A stretch of DNA of 64,000 bases from Camelus ferus (taxonomy: Eukaryota): NCBI RefSeq assembly GCF_009834535.1, contig NC_045697.1, positions 105,402,001 to 105,466,000 on the forward strand. The letters run 5' to 3'. Below, piece by piece: positions 12,890 to 26,440 of this stretch. Below the pieces are notes generated by a model. The model was not told the DNA's origin and made no database searches. It saw only the letters and a list, made by a program, of their open reading frames with translations. Position 1 is the first letter of the stretch. Each line of letters begins with the position of its first letter. Both the position numbers and the translations under genes were made by a program.

Positions 12890-13440
12890 GAGTGGTAAGT
12901 TTTTTCAATGCAATGCCACACAGGAGTGAAAAGGCATGACTTAGAGAGACACACATGAACTCGGATGAAGCGCAGAAAAAGCACACACTGGTTGAGGGGA
13001 GGAGGAGAGAGCTCAGTAGTAGAGCATGTGTTTAGCATGCACGCTGTCCCAGGTTCAATCCCCAGAACTGCCATTAAAAAAAAAAAATAATAAACCAAAT
13101 TCCTTTTCTCCCTGCAGGGGGAAAAAAAAAAAGCCACGTTGCAGAATACTTACTATCTGCTACCATTTTTAAAAAGTTCAAAATAGTTCAAAATAAGCCA
13201 CACATTTTTCTTGTTTAGGTTTACCTACATATGTGGTACGACCCAAAAGGAAAAGCAAGTCGGTGAGAAAAAGGCAAGCAAACTTTAAAACAGTGGTGAT
13301 CTCTGGGGGTTCTGGAGGGGTGAGAGGAAGGACTGGAGAACACACAGGGGACTTTCCAGGTCCCAGTGCTGCTCTACTTTTAGGACGAGGGATGGGTTTG
13401 TGGGTGTTTATCTTACCCTCTATTCATTTATTGCTATTTT
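12890..13440 (+). mobile_element. Old L1 (L1ME/L1MC-like) 3' region, host of the SINE at 12996
   Basis: 'gttgcagaatacttactatctgctaccatttttaaaaagttcaaaa...aactttaaaacagtggtgatctctgggg' resembles old L1 3'UTR. Confidence 0.55.
12996..13132 (+). mobile_element. tRNA-Ala-derived SINE (vic-1-like), more diverged copy
   Basis: 'agctcagtagtagagcatgtgtttagcatgcacg...ggttcaatccccagaactgcca', then A-rich spacer, 'taaaccaaattcc' and an A tail; same architecture as the 7972 and 40818 copies. Confidence 0.85.
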
Positions 13441-13464
13441 GTCCATGTGTGTAGACGGAGTGAT

Positions 13465-13915
13465 TAATTTACTTGTTCATTTGACAAATATATATGGAAA
13501 GCCTAGTATGTGCTTGACATGTGTTAGGTAGTGAGAATAGAATGATGAATAAGCTAGTCATGGTTCCCCTCTTTTCAGAAGGGGTTTGTGGTGAACAAGT
13601 ACACAGGGGAGGAAACAGTTGAGCAGGGATTGACATACAGGGAGATAAGTCCTCTCATAGGAGAACAGCAGCTGTGAGAGGCACACGACCCAGATTTGAG
13701 TCAGGAAAGATCTCTGTAAGGGAAAGAAACATCCCCATGGTGCTCTGGAAGATGAATGGTAGACAGAGGGAAGAGTATGTGTTCTTGGAGAGTCCGCAGG
13801 TGAGAAGGACCTAACATATTTGTAGTATTGCACGAACATCGAGGATGAAGCGGGAAGTAGCCAGAGACAAGCTTAGAGGGTTAAATAAGGTCTAGATCAT
13901 GAGAATCCTTGTACT
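13465..13915 (-). mobile_element. L2 3' region
   Basis: 'ttcatttgacaaatatatatggaaagcctagtatgtgcttgacatgtgttagg' antisense L2 tail followed by purine-rich body. Confidence 0.6.
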
Positions 13916-14772
13916 TACATTCCAAAGGACCCTTGGTTGCAAGGGCTTGGAGCACACATCAACCAACCCAAGTGAAAAGATGATTTTTATCATACCTATG
14001 TTGTACCATCTACAGACCACAAAGGACGGGGGCTGGGCTCATTGACAGGGACATCTGAAATGAGGAGCTTGAATGCCATGAGCAATCTCTTGCTCTGTTC
14101 ATCTTTGTGTATCACCTCTCTCTCTGTTGACACCTCTGCTTCTAAAGGTCACCTAACAGAAAACATGACTGCTGACTCCCTCTGTCCAAGTCCTAAAATC
14201 CAGGGGAAGAGATCTATCAACTGTGGCTAGAGTAATAATGCAGGTCTCACAGAAGTCATGTAGATGGATGGGAGCGATTGCTTGAGAAAGGATCCTCCGA
14301 TGTCCATGTCTCTATGTTAGGGGCTGGTGCTTTTCCCTACAAGTCATAGAGTTTTAATAGGATGGCAATATAACCTTATTTGCATGTTAGAAAGATGAAT
14401 TTGTCCAGAGTTTGGAGAACCATCTCGGGTGGTGGTCATAAGGTCACAGGGAGAAAGATGAGTTGGTAGCTTGCTTCAGGGGAGAAAGAACGTGTTGTGG
14501 GTAGTGGCCGTGTGATGTTGACAACGCGGTAAATTTCTGTTTATTTTCTTCTAGACTTGAGTGTTTCACACTGTGTCGTTAGAGCATTTTCCTGAAAAGT
14601 CTAGCATCCAAGGAAGGGTGGGAAATACTTTTGTGGCCAATAAAATAGCCTTCTCTAGGAGAGTAATAAGACTGCTTCCTTTTTGTGATTCCTACAGAAC
14701 AAATATAATCACAGAGGTGTTTGTCTTTAACATCTGCACCTATCCTTTGTGTGTTATTCTCATTACCACAGT

Positions 14773-16409
14773 CAGGGGTAGATCCAGGTTTAGGGGCCCC
14801 CTTTTAGAAAAAATACAAAAAGTAATAAACATAAAATTAGAAATGGAAGTGAATTTTTAGACTAAGAAAAGGGGTGACAAATATGTTCCTGTGATACAAA
14901 TACATAATGCTACAAATATTACAAAATCCATTAAAAAACACATTTTTCTTAATTCACTACTTTATATGCCTCACCACATTTTTCCCCCTGATACATGTAT
15001 TTTTTGGCGCATACTGGTTGATCACCACTTTAGAAGCTAAGGATTATGTAGCATCTTCTACAGAGAGAACAGAAAGGCAATTTTTTCTCCAACTTGATGA
15101 ATTGGAATTAAAATATATTAATAGCCAAAAAAATTTCTTTTAGCATCACAGATCATTACTGGTAATGTCATGTAAATTGTTCTCAATTGTAAGTTGTTCT
15201 CAGATTTATGAAGAAAAAAACTATCCATTTTTTTCCTGTGAATGTTCTGCTTTAGACTATCTGTGAGGTGGGGCTAAAGGTTTGTGTTATGTAAACCCAG
15301 GAATTTTGATAAATTCTACTTTGGACCACTCCAGTTTTAAAAGAAACAAAGTATTGTGTATTTATAATTATAATACAGTTAAACAGTTATAATGTATATG
15401 CTGTATTGCTGAATAAATACCCAACAGAAGAAAACATCAATTTTGATTAGTTACCAACTGAGAACCACATCACCCACTTGCAACTTCGCACATCTGATTG
15501 TTGGAAGGATTTTCCACAGACTTCTGGCCCCATACATGCCAGAATGTGTTTCTTTATCACCTGCGTGGCTGGGGCCTGAGGGCCTTGGGGGATGCTGTGC
15601 TGGGATTCAACTCATGGTCCCGCACCTTCCTGTCAAGCTGGCGCTGGGGCAAGGGAGTAGTTCTGAAACCGTTTCTGCACAGGGAAAGATACTAATAAAT
15701 ATACAGGAAAGCGAATGAAAAACCTCATAAAGATACCTCACTCAGCCCAAACTAAATCTCTCTCCAATTCAAATTTCTCCTATCTCATTCCCAAAATGTC
15801 CACAGCCTCTCTAGCGTACAAGGGGAAAGGGACAGGGGAGGAAAGTGTGGGTGTATTATGGACTGAATGTTTGCATTTCCCCATCCTGCATGCCCACCTT
15901 GAAGCCAGCATGATGGTGTTCGGAGTTGGGGCCTTTGGGAGGTGATTAGTGTTAGATTAGGTCGTGAAGGTGGTACCCTTGCGATGAGATTAATTAGTAT
16001 GCTTGTAAGAAGAGGAAGAGCTCTGTCTCCCTCTCCCTCTTCACATGGGCACAGAGGAAGGGCCACATGAGGACCGACTGTCTCACATGACCTTCCAAGC
16101 CAGGAAGAGGGCTCTCACCAGGACTCCACCATGCCGGCACCCTGCTTTTAGACCCCCAGCCTCCAGACCTCTGAGAAAATAGACGTCTGTTGTTTAAGGC
16201 CCCCAGTCTACGGTATTTTATTACAGAAGCCCAAACTGGCTAATCGGGAGAAAGAGGCAGTTGTCTGAACCAGTCAATACCTTATTTTTGCAGAGCTGAC
16301 AAAACCACATGACTCTGTGAAGATGTTGCTGGAGTCCTTTCTGAAGCCCCGGATGAAGCTTGTGCAAGAAAGGGGCCTCAAATTAAGCTTCGTGGTAAAT
16401 TCATCTCTG
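14773..16409 (+). mobile_element. hAT-Tip100-type DNA transposon remnant (Zaphod/MER115-like), split by an MLT1A LTR
   Basis: Left end 'caggggtagatccaggttt...ggggccccc' and right end 'ggggcctcaaattaagcttcgtggtaaattcatctctg' form imperfect terminal inverted repeats. Family name from memory. Confidence 0.55.
15854..16246 (+). mobile_element. MaLR solo LTR (MLT1A-like)
   Basis: 'tatggactgaatgttt...ggggcctttgggaggtgattag...ccagcctccagacctctgagaaaatag...ccagtctacggtattttattacag'. Confidence 0.85.
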
Positions 16410-16699
16410 GTCACAACTCTAATTCTTACCCTTAATACTTAGTGCTCAGATCATTGCATTAACCCTCTAATGAATTTCTCTGGATCAAGTCCCTCTTCTT
16501 AACCAGGTTACGTACCCAATGCAATAGTGACCATTATTCCCAGATACAGCTTCCGGCATGACCTTCTCTGCATAAGGCCACAGGACACCCATAGGGTAAA
16601 ATCTAAATCCCTTAGTCTGATGTTCACGGTCTCTACAATCTGGCTGTCATTTTTGTTTATAAGTTTTTAATCCCTGGGCTTCCTACACAATGGAAAGAA

Positions 16700-16875
16700 A
16701 AGCGAACACTTATTAGCAGCCTACTGAGTTCTTGGCTTTCCCCCAAAAGTTAATATTTTCAGTTCTCATCACAACCTGTCTGGCATGATGTACAAATGAG
16801 AGAAGGGAGTTCAGAGACAATGGCTGGGACAGGAGGCAGACCTGTCTGACTTCAGTTCTCCTGCTCTGCCCACTG
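16700..16875 (-). mobile_element. MIR SINE, diverged
   Basis: 'ctcatcacaacctg...tacaaatgagagaagggagttcagaga...ctgtctgacttcag' antisense MIR pattern. Confidence 0.5.
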
Positions 16876-17635
16876 CACGGTGTGGGAGCCCCAGCTCCGT
16901 CCTTGACCCTCTGTGTGAATTGAGATGTGGTTAAAGCCTCCCTTTAAACCCCATTCTCTCAGGAAAGCTTTTCCGTTAACTCTGGGCCCCTCCCTGCTCT
17001 GAGCTGCCACAGCATTTGGTGCCTGCGTTGTTCAGTGGGCAGGTCTTCTCCACAGCCTTGCATTTTTATCTTATTTCACCCTTGTGTATCCCAACTGGAA
17101 CTTGCTTGTAAGCCCTTTAGAGGAAGAGCGACAGCTTGACGTTTTTGTGTAGACCTTGTTTAATCCCCGGCAAGGCTCCCTGTGCCGTTTAACAGATAAT
17201 TCTAGAATGAGGACATTTCTTTGTCAGCGGGCCCCCAAGATGAAGGGAGAATGAAGGGGAAGGACGAGCCACCCTGCCTCTTGCTGTTTCTCTACGACGT
17301 TATTCGATCACCAGGACAAGGAGAGTTGCCACTGGGGTTTGGTTTTCGATTTTTCTCAGAAGTACAGCCGCCGACTGACAGGGCCCCAGAGAATATGAAA
17401 GCAGTGTGAGCACCAGCTGGCCCTGGCTGACGTGAGGATGGCATTCCCCAGAGCACCACTCGCAGGGGCGACCCCCACACCCGTCAGCCTTCACAGGCTG
17501 ACGGAATGCGAAAGAGCTTGGCTCCCTGGGGATTCTGAGCACTCTGAGGAGGAAGATGAAGTTTCCTGAATCACCCTGACATGTGTCCAATGTTCTCTAA
17601 ATCAGTTTACCTTTCTAACATACTTACTGTTGGTC

Positions 17636-18277
17636 TTTATTTTTCTTTATTTTTTTAATTGAAGAATAATCAGTTATAATTTCTGGTGTACAGCATAATG
17701 TTTCAGTCAGACATATACATAAATATATTCATTTTCATATCCTTTTTCTTTATAGGTTATTATAAGATATTGAGTATAATTCCCTGTGCTATATAGAAGA
17801 AATTCAATTTTTATCTATTTTATGTACGGTATTTAGTATTTGCACTTCTCGAACTCCCAGTTTATCCCTTCACACCCTCTCTCCCCGCAGTAACCGTAAG
17901 TTTGTTTATTTTGTCTATGAATCTGTTTCTGTTTTGTTGATAAATTCATTATTGTCTTTTTTTTTCATTTCTTTTCTTTCTTTTCTTTTTAAGATTCCAC
18001 ATATGAGTGATATCATATGGTATTTTTATTTCTCTTTCTGGCTTAACTCACTTAGAATGATAATCTCCAGGTCCATCCGTGTTGCTGCAAATGTCATTAT
18101 TTTATTCTTTTTTTATGGCTGAGTAGTATTCCATTGCATAAATATAACATAGCTTCTTTATCCAGTCATTTGTCATTGGACATTTAGGTTGTTTCCATGT
18201 CTTGACTATTGTAAATAGTGCTGCTGTGAACATTGGAGTGCATGTATCTTTTTGAATTTGAGTTCCCTCCAGATATA
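17636..18277 (-). mobile_element. Young L1 3' end (end of ORF2 plus 3'UTR)
   Basis: Poly-T head; 'agattccacatatgagtgatatcatatggtattt...tccaggtccatccgtgttgctgcaaatg'; homologous to the 59.4 kb copy. Confidence 0.92.
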
Positions 18278-18329
18278 TTTTTCATAAAGAGTATTAAATT
18301 TAATTTTGGAGTTTTACTTCCTAGTTTCA

Positions 18330-18515
18330 ACTTTTTATTGCAGAACATTTGAAATATACACAAGAGTAGAGAGAACAGTATAATGAACTACCATGTAATT
18401 ATTACAAAGCTTCTAAAATTAACATCCCATGGTCAAACCATGTTTCATTTCTCTTCCAGTTCTAGATGATTTTGAAGCCAATCCCAGAAATCATATTATT
18501 TCATCCTTTACTTCT
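18330..18515 (-). mobile_element. Old L1 (L1MC/ME-like) 3' end
   Basis: 'tttgaaatatacacaagagtagagagaacagtataatgaac...gattttgaagccaatcccagaaatcatattatttcatc'. Confidence 0.65.
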
Positions 18516-19790
18516 TTTAAAAAAATCTCACAAAGCAAATCTTTGACAAAAGAAGCTTAATAAGGGAAAGTTTGATGATAACATTTTTAACATAACAAAT
18601 GTTTAAAAAATGATGACACGTGACTTATATTTTATTTATTTAATTTTCCAAAAAATAGTTATGTAAAATATTTCTTTTTATAAAAATCCTGAATGTAGAA
18701 ATCCATAGTAACGTCAAAGAAGACAAAAATTAATCTTGTTCATCCTATTCAGTTATTGTAAGCTAGCTAGCAGGAATACCTAAAGTATCTAATGAGTACA
18801 AATATTGATCTGGTGTCTTCACTCGAAAACACTTTCAACTCTGTTTACCTAATTCATGTTTTGCCAGTCCAATTCCTTAGCAACACATCTGTAGAATTCG
18901 TTTGACTCCAGAATGGTCACTGGGTCCATCTGGATTTCCCCAAATGACATCTCTGAGCTTTGGATCAAATTAGAATAGAGTCATATGTAACGGGGAAGAA
19001 TGTATTGGTGGCAGAAGTCACACCTCTTCCCCATCAACTCTCTCTTGATGTCAGTCTTCTTCTTGCCACGAAAGAGACTGAAAGCTCATTCTGACACTGC
19101 TCCCAAACTTAGAATGCAGGGCAGGGGAGGAAAGTGAAACACAGACGGTCTCAAAGACATTTATAGAGTCTATAATGAAACTCATTCCATTTCTTTATCT
19201 TTTTAGTTGATGACGTCCCATTGTCTCTCAGAAAGGATTCATGCTCTCCTACCTGGTTGCTAAGATGAGACAGATGGGGAACTTTTCATTTTCCTGGATT
19301 GTGTAGACTTGAGCTGTCATCTCCAGTGAGTAAGTCAGCCTACAAGACAGCTCCGTTCAGGCTTTTTGTTAGTTTTTATTTTTGTAATAGTGAGAAAAAA
19401 AATGACTGATGTAAAGAGAGGTACGGAGGGGAGTTGCTCTGCAGTGGAGTGAAGGAGGAGAGAAATTGAAGTGCTGGGTTGGGAAAAGGTGAAGGATATT
19501 CTCAGAGTCTGAGAAGAGGGTGAGCTGGTAGTTTGGGGACTTGAAGAGCAGGCGAAATCTCTGCCCTGTTTCCTCCCTCTTGTGCCCCTGGGGAGGCAGG
19601 ACTGAAAGTGTCAGGCTCCCATTCTCTGCAAACCCCACTCCACGTCTCAGCTCTTGGAGCCACTGTGTGGTTTGGACCATGCGCAGCCTACCTGCAATGA
19701 TGACATCCGTGTGGGCTAAAATCCAGCAGGCTTTGCAGCATGAACTTGTTTATCTATTTTATATGCAGTAGTTAGTCTCTGCACAGCTCA

Positions 19791-19918
19791 AATATATGTA
19801 TGTACATGGATGACTGAAACATCATGCTGTACACCAGGAACAGACACAACATTGTAAACTGACTATACTTCAGCTAACTAACTAACTACTCTGAAATAAT
19901 TAAAAAACAAAACAAAAC
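19791..19918 (+). mobile_element. Short young L1 3' terminus
   Basis: 'tgactgaaacatcatgctgtacaccaggaacagacacaacattgtaaactgactatacttca' plus A-rich tail. Confidence 0.85.
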
Positions 19919-20237
19919 AGTGGGCTTGTCCAAACATTCTCAGCCAAGTAAGACTTTCCTGGTCTACGCTGGACCTGGATAGGGGAGGTGGGATAGAGGC
20001 CCCAGTAATAAGCACCATTGATTTTCCTACTGTTGCTTAGATTAAATGTTCTTCAGAAAAATAAAAAATGTGGCATTTCTTAAACTTAAGATGTGGAGTA
20101 AAATTTATGACAGCTGCATTTTATACTTTGCCTAATTGACTGTCTCAGAAGTTTTGAAAGAATCCTCAGAAATATTAAAGAAATTTTCCTTCAGTGGGGT
20201 TATTACTTTCATGATTTGGAAGCTTCTTTTGGTCCTA

Positions 20238-20628
20238 TGTTATGGACTTAATTCTGTTGCCCCTTACCCCCCACAAATAAAAAATTTATAGGTTGAAGCC
20301 CTAACCTTCAATGTGACTGTATTTGGAAATGGGGCCTTTAAAGAGATAAAGTTAAATGAGGTCATAAGGGTGGGGTCCTAATCCAATATGACGGATGTCG
20401 TTATAAAAGAGAGCGAGAGATGCCAGCAGTGTGTACACAGGAAAGGCCATGTGAGGGCACAGCATGCAGACAGCCATGTACCATCTCAGGAGAGACCTCA
20501 GGAGAATCCAACCTGCCAACCCCTCCATCTAGGGTTTCCAGCCTCCAGAACCATGAGAAAATCAGTCTCTGTTGTTGAAGTCACCCAGCCTGTGGTAGCT
20601 GTTACGGCGACTGTAACAAATGAATACA
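20238..20628 (+). mobile_element. MaLR solo LTR (MLT1B-like)
   Basis: TG...CA termini; 'gttgaagccctaaccttcaatgtgactgtatttggaaatggggcctttaaagag...ccagcctccagaaccatgagaaaat'. Confidence 0.88.
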
Positions 20629-21529
20629 ACGTATGTAATACTTTTATGTGGCGGTCTTTATTCTCATAGAAAATCTACACTATCGTCCTCTAATAGAAAT
20701 CCTCGTGCTGTGCGGAGCTGATTTATACTCTATTGGCTAAAATAATTTGCCTTCTGAAAACACTGTCACAAGAACGTACTGGGATGCCATTGACTAAACA
20801 CTCAGGAAATGATGACTGGTCAAACAGTGATTAAAAATAATGCGGGGAGTAGGTTATGGGTAGGATGGGGAGATTCTGCCACTGGAAGTTAAACCAGTAA
20901 GGACTTTCCCCAGGTCCTGCGGTGATGCTGGGTGGAAGTGCTGAATACGTGCTAGTTTACCAGGGAGACAATACTAAGTTATAAAAATTACTTTCTTACT
21001 ACCGTATTTGCCTATTTGCAGCCATTATAATTCTGCTTAAGATATTTAAAGATGGAGAGTCAATCTGCTTCTGATTTTATAGGCCTCTAAAATTGCTACT
21101 TAAATTTCATATGCGCTGTCAAAAAAAAGAAGGAGAGAAGACAGGAAAAATATGAAGACGAGGAATACATATTACTAAACTGTAAGTTCCTCGAAGTCAG
21201 GGATATGTCGCTGTCTCCCTGAGATCATCAAACACTCTAATTTGCACACGGTTGGCATTTATGAGTGGTGTATTGGATTGCATCTCTGAGACAAAGAAAA
21301 GCATACAGTTAATATGACTGCAGAATAAAGATTACATTTTGTGAGCACCATGAAAAGTCAATTTGATATAGGAGTGCAAATACTTGAGTAGATTTTAGCT
21401 GGGCTAATATACCGACAAAAATGTAGGTGTTTTTGAATTTCTAGATACTTTCAACTATCTATGGTATTAAATATTGTGAAGAACTGATGAACTGATTGTC
21501 CCAATTGGTCACTTTTTACTTGGTTTGCT

Positions 21530-21690
21530 TTTTACCAGCTTTATTGGGGTATAACTGACAAATACAACTGTAAGACATTTAAAGTGTACAATGCGATGAT
21601 GTGATATATACGGACCTGGTGAAAAATGTCCTCCCACCAAGTTCATTAACACATCCATCACCTCGCATGTTTACTTTTTTTTTTTTTTTG
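21530..21690 (-). mobile_element. L1MA-type 3' end
   Basis: 'cagctttattggggtataactgacaaat...tttaaagtgtacaat...ttaacacatccatcacctc'. Confidence 0.8.
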
Positions 21691-24639
21691 GTTTACCTTT
21701 TGCAGAAATATTTGATATCAAAAACTTTCTCCTTGTTTAAGAACAAATAGTAGTGAAGGTTAATAGTGTCTTAGTTTCCTAAATATATCAACCTGGTAAT
21801 GTGACCATCTGATTTACAATTTGTCATGAATTAGCATATATCATTATAGTACTAGTATAGATGATATCTTAAAACAAAAAGAAAACCCTTATTTTTGTAT
21901 CCCAGATAAGCATGGGATTCTACCAGAAGCCAATGAGAATTGAACAAAAGCTTGATGTCTGTACCATAACCAAACACACAGTAAATTTCTCTCTGTCAAT
22001 CCATCACTTCGCCTCTCTGACACACCGCCACACAGAATCCACCGCGGGTTAAGGTGCCATCGGAACACGGGGCAGGCAGAGAAGGGCCTGGTGCCTGGGG
22101 AAGTGGGAGTGACGTTACACGAGCCCCGTGTGTCTGTGTTGGTTGATTTTTAGCTGTCCTCTCTGCACGCTCAGCAGCCCAATTACAAGAACAGCAGTAA
22201 CATCAGAAAGCATTTACTTAGTGCAGACAAAACATCATCTTGCGCTAGGTGGTTTAATTCATTATGTGTAATCCCATCCAAAACTCCGGGCAAAAACAAC
22301 GTCTAGCTTTATTTCTGCTCGGAGGGAAATGTCTAGCAGTGGGGACTTAACTTTCTGAACAATGTTAAGAAGCATTAGAAGAGAGCTGTCGCCCTGCTAA
22401 TGTCACGGATCGATTCAACCAGTCCCTAAAGCGGAGGTCACGTTGGAACTGGGTGTTGGCTGCAAATGTGTCAGGAGAGGGAGGTGCTGGACACTCGACA
22501 CAGAGGGAACTGACTTTGAAAAGAATCTACACAGGTTACAGCACAACACATTTAGGGAACAACTCGAACAAGCCTCGGCGTTTACCAGAGCCCCCGTACA
22601 TTTCTCTCTCTCTCTGAAAAAAGAAAGCGAAAGACAAACATCCCAGTGACGTGGTGCTTATTTTTTCACTGGGCCCTTTTTATCAGCTTTTTGGCTCTCT
22701 TGTCTTTGTACGAGACCCCACCAGACATTCTAGTTTATAAGACTGCTGTTGGATGTAATGTTTATGTTCTAAATTGTAGAAAACCTCAATCAAGATCGCT
22801 ATAAATTGGGTGGTCTTATTCAAAAGGCGACTGCATTTTCTATTAAAATCATATTTTAAAATGATACTTAAAAATAAACTAAACTTGAGGTTTTATATTT
22901 TTATACAGCGAATTTATTTATATTTTGTAATTTGCACAAGCTCTAAAGGATATCAATTCTGGCCCCTGATCAATTGTCTCCTTTTTAAGACAGCCAGTAA
23001 AATGAGATGATTATTTGACTTTGGAGGAAGAAGGGAAGTCTTTGCCATGGTTATGTCTATGAATTACCAGTTTTCTTTTTAAAATCACACAGAGATAGCA
23101 GCATCCAGTTTTAAACTATTAAATAATAGGAGGACACCCTAAATAATGAATTTGCATTTATGAGAGAATGTGGTCTATGACTCATAATTAAAACCAATAA
23201 TTTTATTACTGTCTGTGAGGGAAAAGCTCACCTTCCTCTTAATGTTCAACATGAACAAAACAAGTCTGAACGTTTTTTTATGTGAGGCATGTTTTTATGT
23301 GAAGCCATAACGTCCCAAACACAAGTAGGGCAGAGATGTAAGGGAGACTTCGGTTTCTTCCGCACGCAAGGTGAGCACATCTCCTAGGCTGCAGCGATGT
23401 GGTATAGGAACATCACTTTGCAATGGCTGGCTTTTTCTTGGAAGAGCTGGTTTCAGGGCACATGTCCCTTTAAGAGGTTACAGCTTCAGTTAATTGCATG
23501 GGTGAGATTTTGCCCACAGGATGCTACACTTTAAAATCCTTCTCCTTTGTCCCTTAGTGTCTTTCTTATTCCTGGAAGGCTGCCTGCAAAGAAGGGCATG
23601 GTAGGAACCATAGCCACCTGTCCTTCCCCTGTTCTGTTTCATGAAGAGGATCAAGGTCAGTTTCTGGCTATGATATGTACAAGCTGACCTCCAAACCAAG
23701 AGGAAGTACCAGCTCTACAATTTGTCCAGGAAACGCTAATCTTAATATTTCAAAGATGTGCATGCTTGATAACCTTTTAAATGTCAACCAGGTCAATGAA
23801 TGTATTCTGTGGGAATGCCTTGGCATCTCTACAATGTAATGTACTTTGAAACTTACCGAATCAATGGAAAGAAAAGGTTCAAATCATTTACGTAGAATTT
23901 CATCCTACACCTCAGAATTCAAAACTCATGGCAGTCAGCAGAAGAAGGTGAACTTGCTACCTCTGTCCTGGTTTACCTCACAAAGCCTTAAAAATGCAGC
24001 AAGACTATTCGTTTAAATAAACGTTCACTTAAGTCCAGTAACTTCGGAATGCTCGAAAGATCAGTGTTTAGTTTTCTTGGCTCAGTGTGTCTGTTGCCTT
24101 TACAATTTGTTTGCTGCTTCAGCTGTACACACTGGAGAATGTATAAATTATGTGATGGCTTCCTCCTGGGGAAACCAAGTCATTTTCAGAGTCACAATGT
24201 GACTCTAATCAACATGATATTGATTCAATAGCTTCAAGCCACAAAGCACTTTCTCTGTTTTACATAGCCACGTGGGTCATTTATTGCAGAGATTCCCAAA
24301 CACTTTTGGTAGTGACATACCCCAAATTGCCTAATTTGCATAGCAGGGTGGAGTCAGCAGAGAGGATGCTCACGGTGGTAGGACTGACATGCCAGCTTCT
24401 CCAGCCTCCTCCCCACGAGCCTGAGAGCAAAGAGCCTTCATGTCTTGTACACTTACAACCCATTTGTAGGCACATCAGCTGATTTATTTAGAACTATGTT
24501 AATAGCTCATCTGCCTAGTCCAAATACCCATCACCTACAGTCAATCACCACATTTTAGAGTTGAATGGGACCTAAGAAAAACTTTGGAGGGACCATTCAA
24601 TTCACAGATGAGACGACCTAGGAACAAAGCAGCAGCAAG

Positions 24640-24870
24640 ATAGAGTGGGGAAGGGGGTGACTATCGAAACAGAACTAGATCTGAGTCTTGGGGTTACTGT
24701 TTAGCACATCTGTGACCTTAACCAGTGTGGTACTAAGCCACTTGGAGTCTCCATGTCCTCACCTGCAAAGCAGGGATAATTATACTTACTTAGGTCTAAC
24801 ATTTTGAGATTAGAAATAATGTTTGTGGGTTACATACCTAGCAGGGCATGCGGCATACGATTAACTGCTA
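24640..24870 (+). mobile_element. MIR SINE
   Basis: 'tctgtgaccttaa...gtctccatgtcctcacctgcaaagcagggataattatacttac'. Confidence 0.65.
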
Positions 24871-25004
24871 ATTTGCTGAGTGACTTTCCCAGTTTATAGA
24901 GCAGGATGGAAAGCCTGAATTAAAATTTGACACCTAGCTCCCAGCTTAGTGCATTGTTTGTACATTGCAATGTCTTAGATATTTCAAAATATTTTGACCC
25001 CTTA

Positions 25005-25374
25005 TGTTAAGGATGAATGTTTGTGTCCCCATCATGCCAAATTCATATGAAACCTTAGGCCCCAAAGTGATGGTTTTAGGAGGTGGGGCCTTTAGGAGGT
25101 AATTAGGTTTAGGTGAAATCATGAGGGTGGAGCCCCTGTGATGAAATTAGTGTCCTTATAGGAAGAGGAAGAGACCACAATTCTCTTCTTCACGTGAGGA
25201 CACAAAAAGAAGTCAGCCATGTGCAAACCAGGAAGAAGCCCCTCACCAGACAGCAAATCTGTAGGAACCTTGACCTTGGACTTCTAGCCTCCAGAATTAT
25301 GAGAAATAAATGTCTATCGTTTAAATCACCCAGTCAACGGTATTTTGTTATAGCAGCCAGAGCAGACTAAGACT
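25005..25374 (+). mobile_element. MaLR solo LTR (MLT1A0-like)
   Basis: 'gaatgtttgtgtcccc...aggtggggcctttaggaggtaattagg...ttttgttatagcagccagagcagactaagac'; 5-bp flanks cctta / cttta. Confidence 0.88.
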
Positions 25375-26440
25375 CTTTACTTCTACATACTTGAGTTTCC
25401 TAATGTTCCTGTCTCTTACCAACTTAGTGGTTATCAACTCCCAGTTCATCGTAGCAAGTAAACCCGAGAGAAAAGAGATCTTGTGGTAAGAATCCTAAAA
25501 GCAAACCAATATTTGGAGAGCACTTGTAGTCTTCAGAGTGATTTCATAGATTTGGAGCCTCTGAATAACTTTGAGGAGTTGCAACCATCAACGTTTTCAC
25601 CACCTTGGATGTACAGCGGAGGCAGCCTCAGTCAAAGAAGCAAAGTATGGCCAAGGTCTATCGCCTCTGCATGACATGACTCTGAGTCTGTCCCAAATCC
25701 TGGGTTTTCATCGCTCTAAGTGTTTCATTGCTGGATTTTACAGTTGACGATAGATGAATATGCTGATGGTCCAAACCCCTCACTACACAAGTGGATCAGG
25801 ACATAAGTGACTAGAGAAGTAGGACTGAGACATGCAATGATGGTGGAGAAGGAGGTTATGATGGAAGTCTGAAGGAAGGGAGCAGACACGGGAGGAAACT
25901 GGAGTGCTGGGAGCCAAGAAGTGGATGAGCCGAAGGCTTCTCCAGATGTTTTTCAAGCCATCCAGGGTCATTTTAATTTGCTAAGAATACTGTGATTGAA
26001 AGCAAGTGCCACCTACCAGTAACACACTATGCCTTAGGCACAGACTAATGTTTCTCATGTTCTGATGAGGTGAGGGAGTATTTTATCAAGCATTCCTTAG
26101 CTCTTAATTAAACTAAATTAATTAAACTAAATTAAACTGAATTAAAAGTTGAAGGGATATGCCAAAAAAGAGTTGAAATGATCAACTTCAATCAATATGC
26201 ACGATATGTGTGACAATGTAAATTGATATATGCTAAATATTCATTTGGAGGACTGAGTCATCCTGCAAAGTTTCTAAGTTTATTTACCTCATTTTGAAGA
26301 TGGAGGAGCTATATACAAATATAAGGGGTTAAGACTAATATAAAAAAATTACAGGAATGAATTCACATATATTTAACTTTGTGGGGTCTTAAGAAAACAT
26401 ATGCTGACTTTACCAAAATAGATTAAAAATAGAGGAATGG

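Noticed and set aside
26105..26146. Short repeated unit aattaaact(a/g), superficially array-like
   Set aside because: Simple AT-rich slippage repeat with no spacers; not CRISPR-like.
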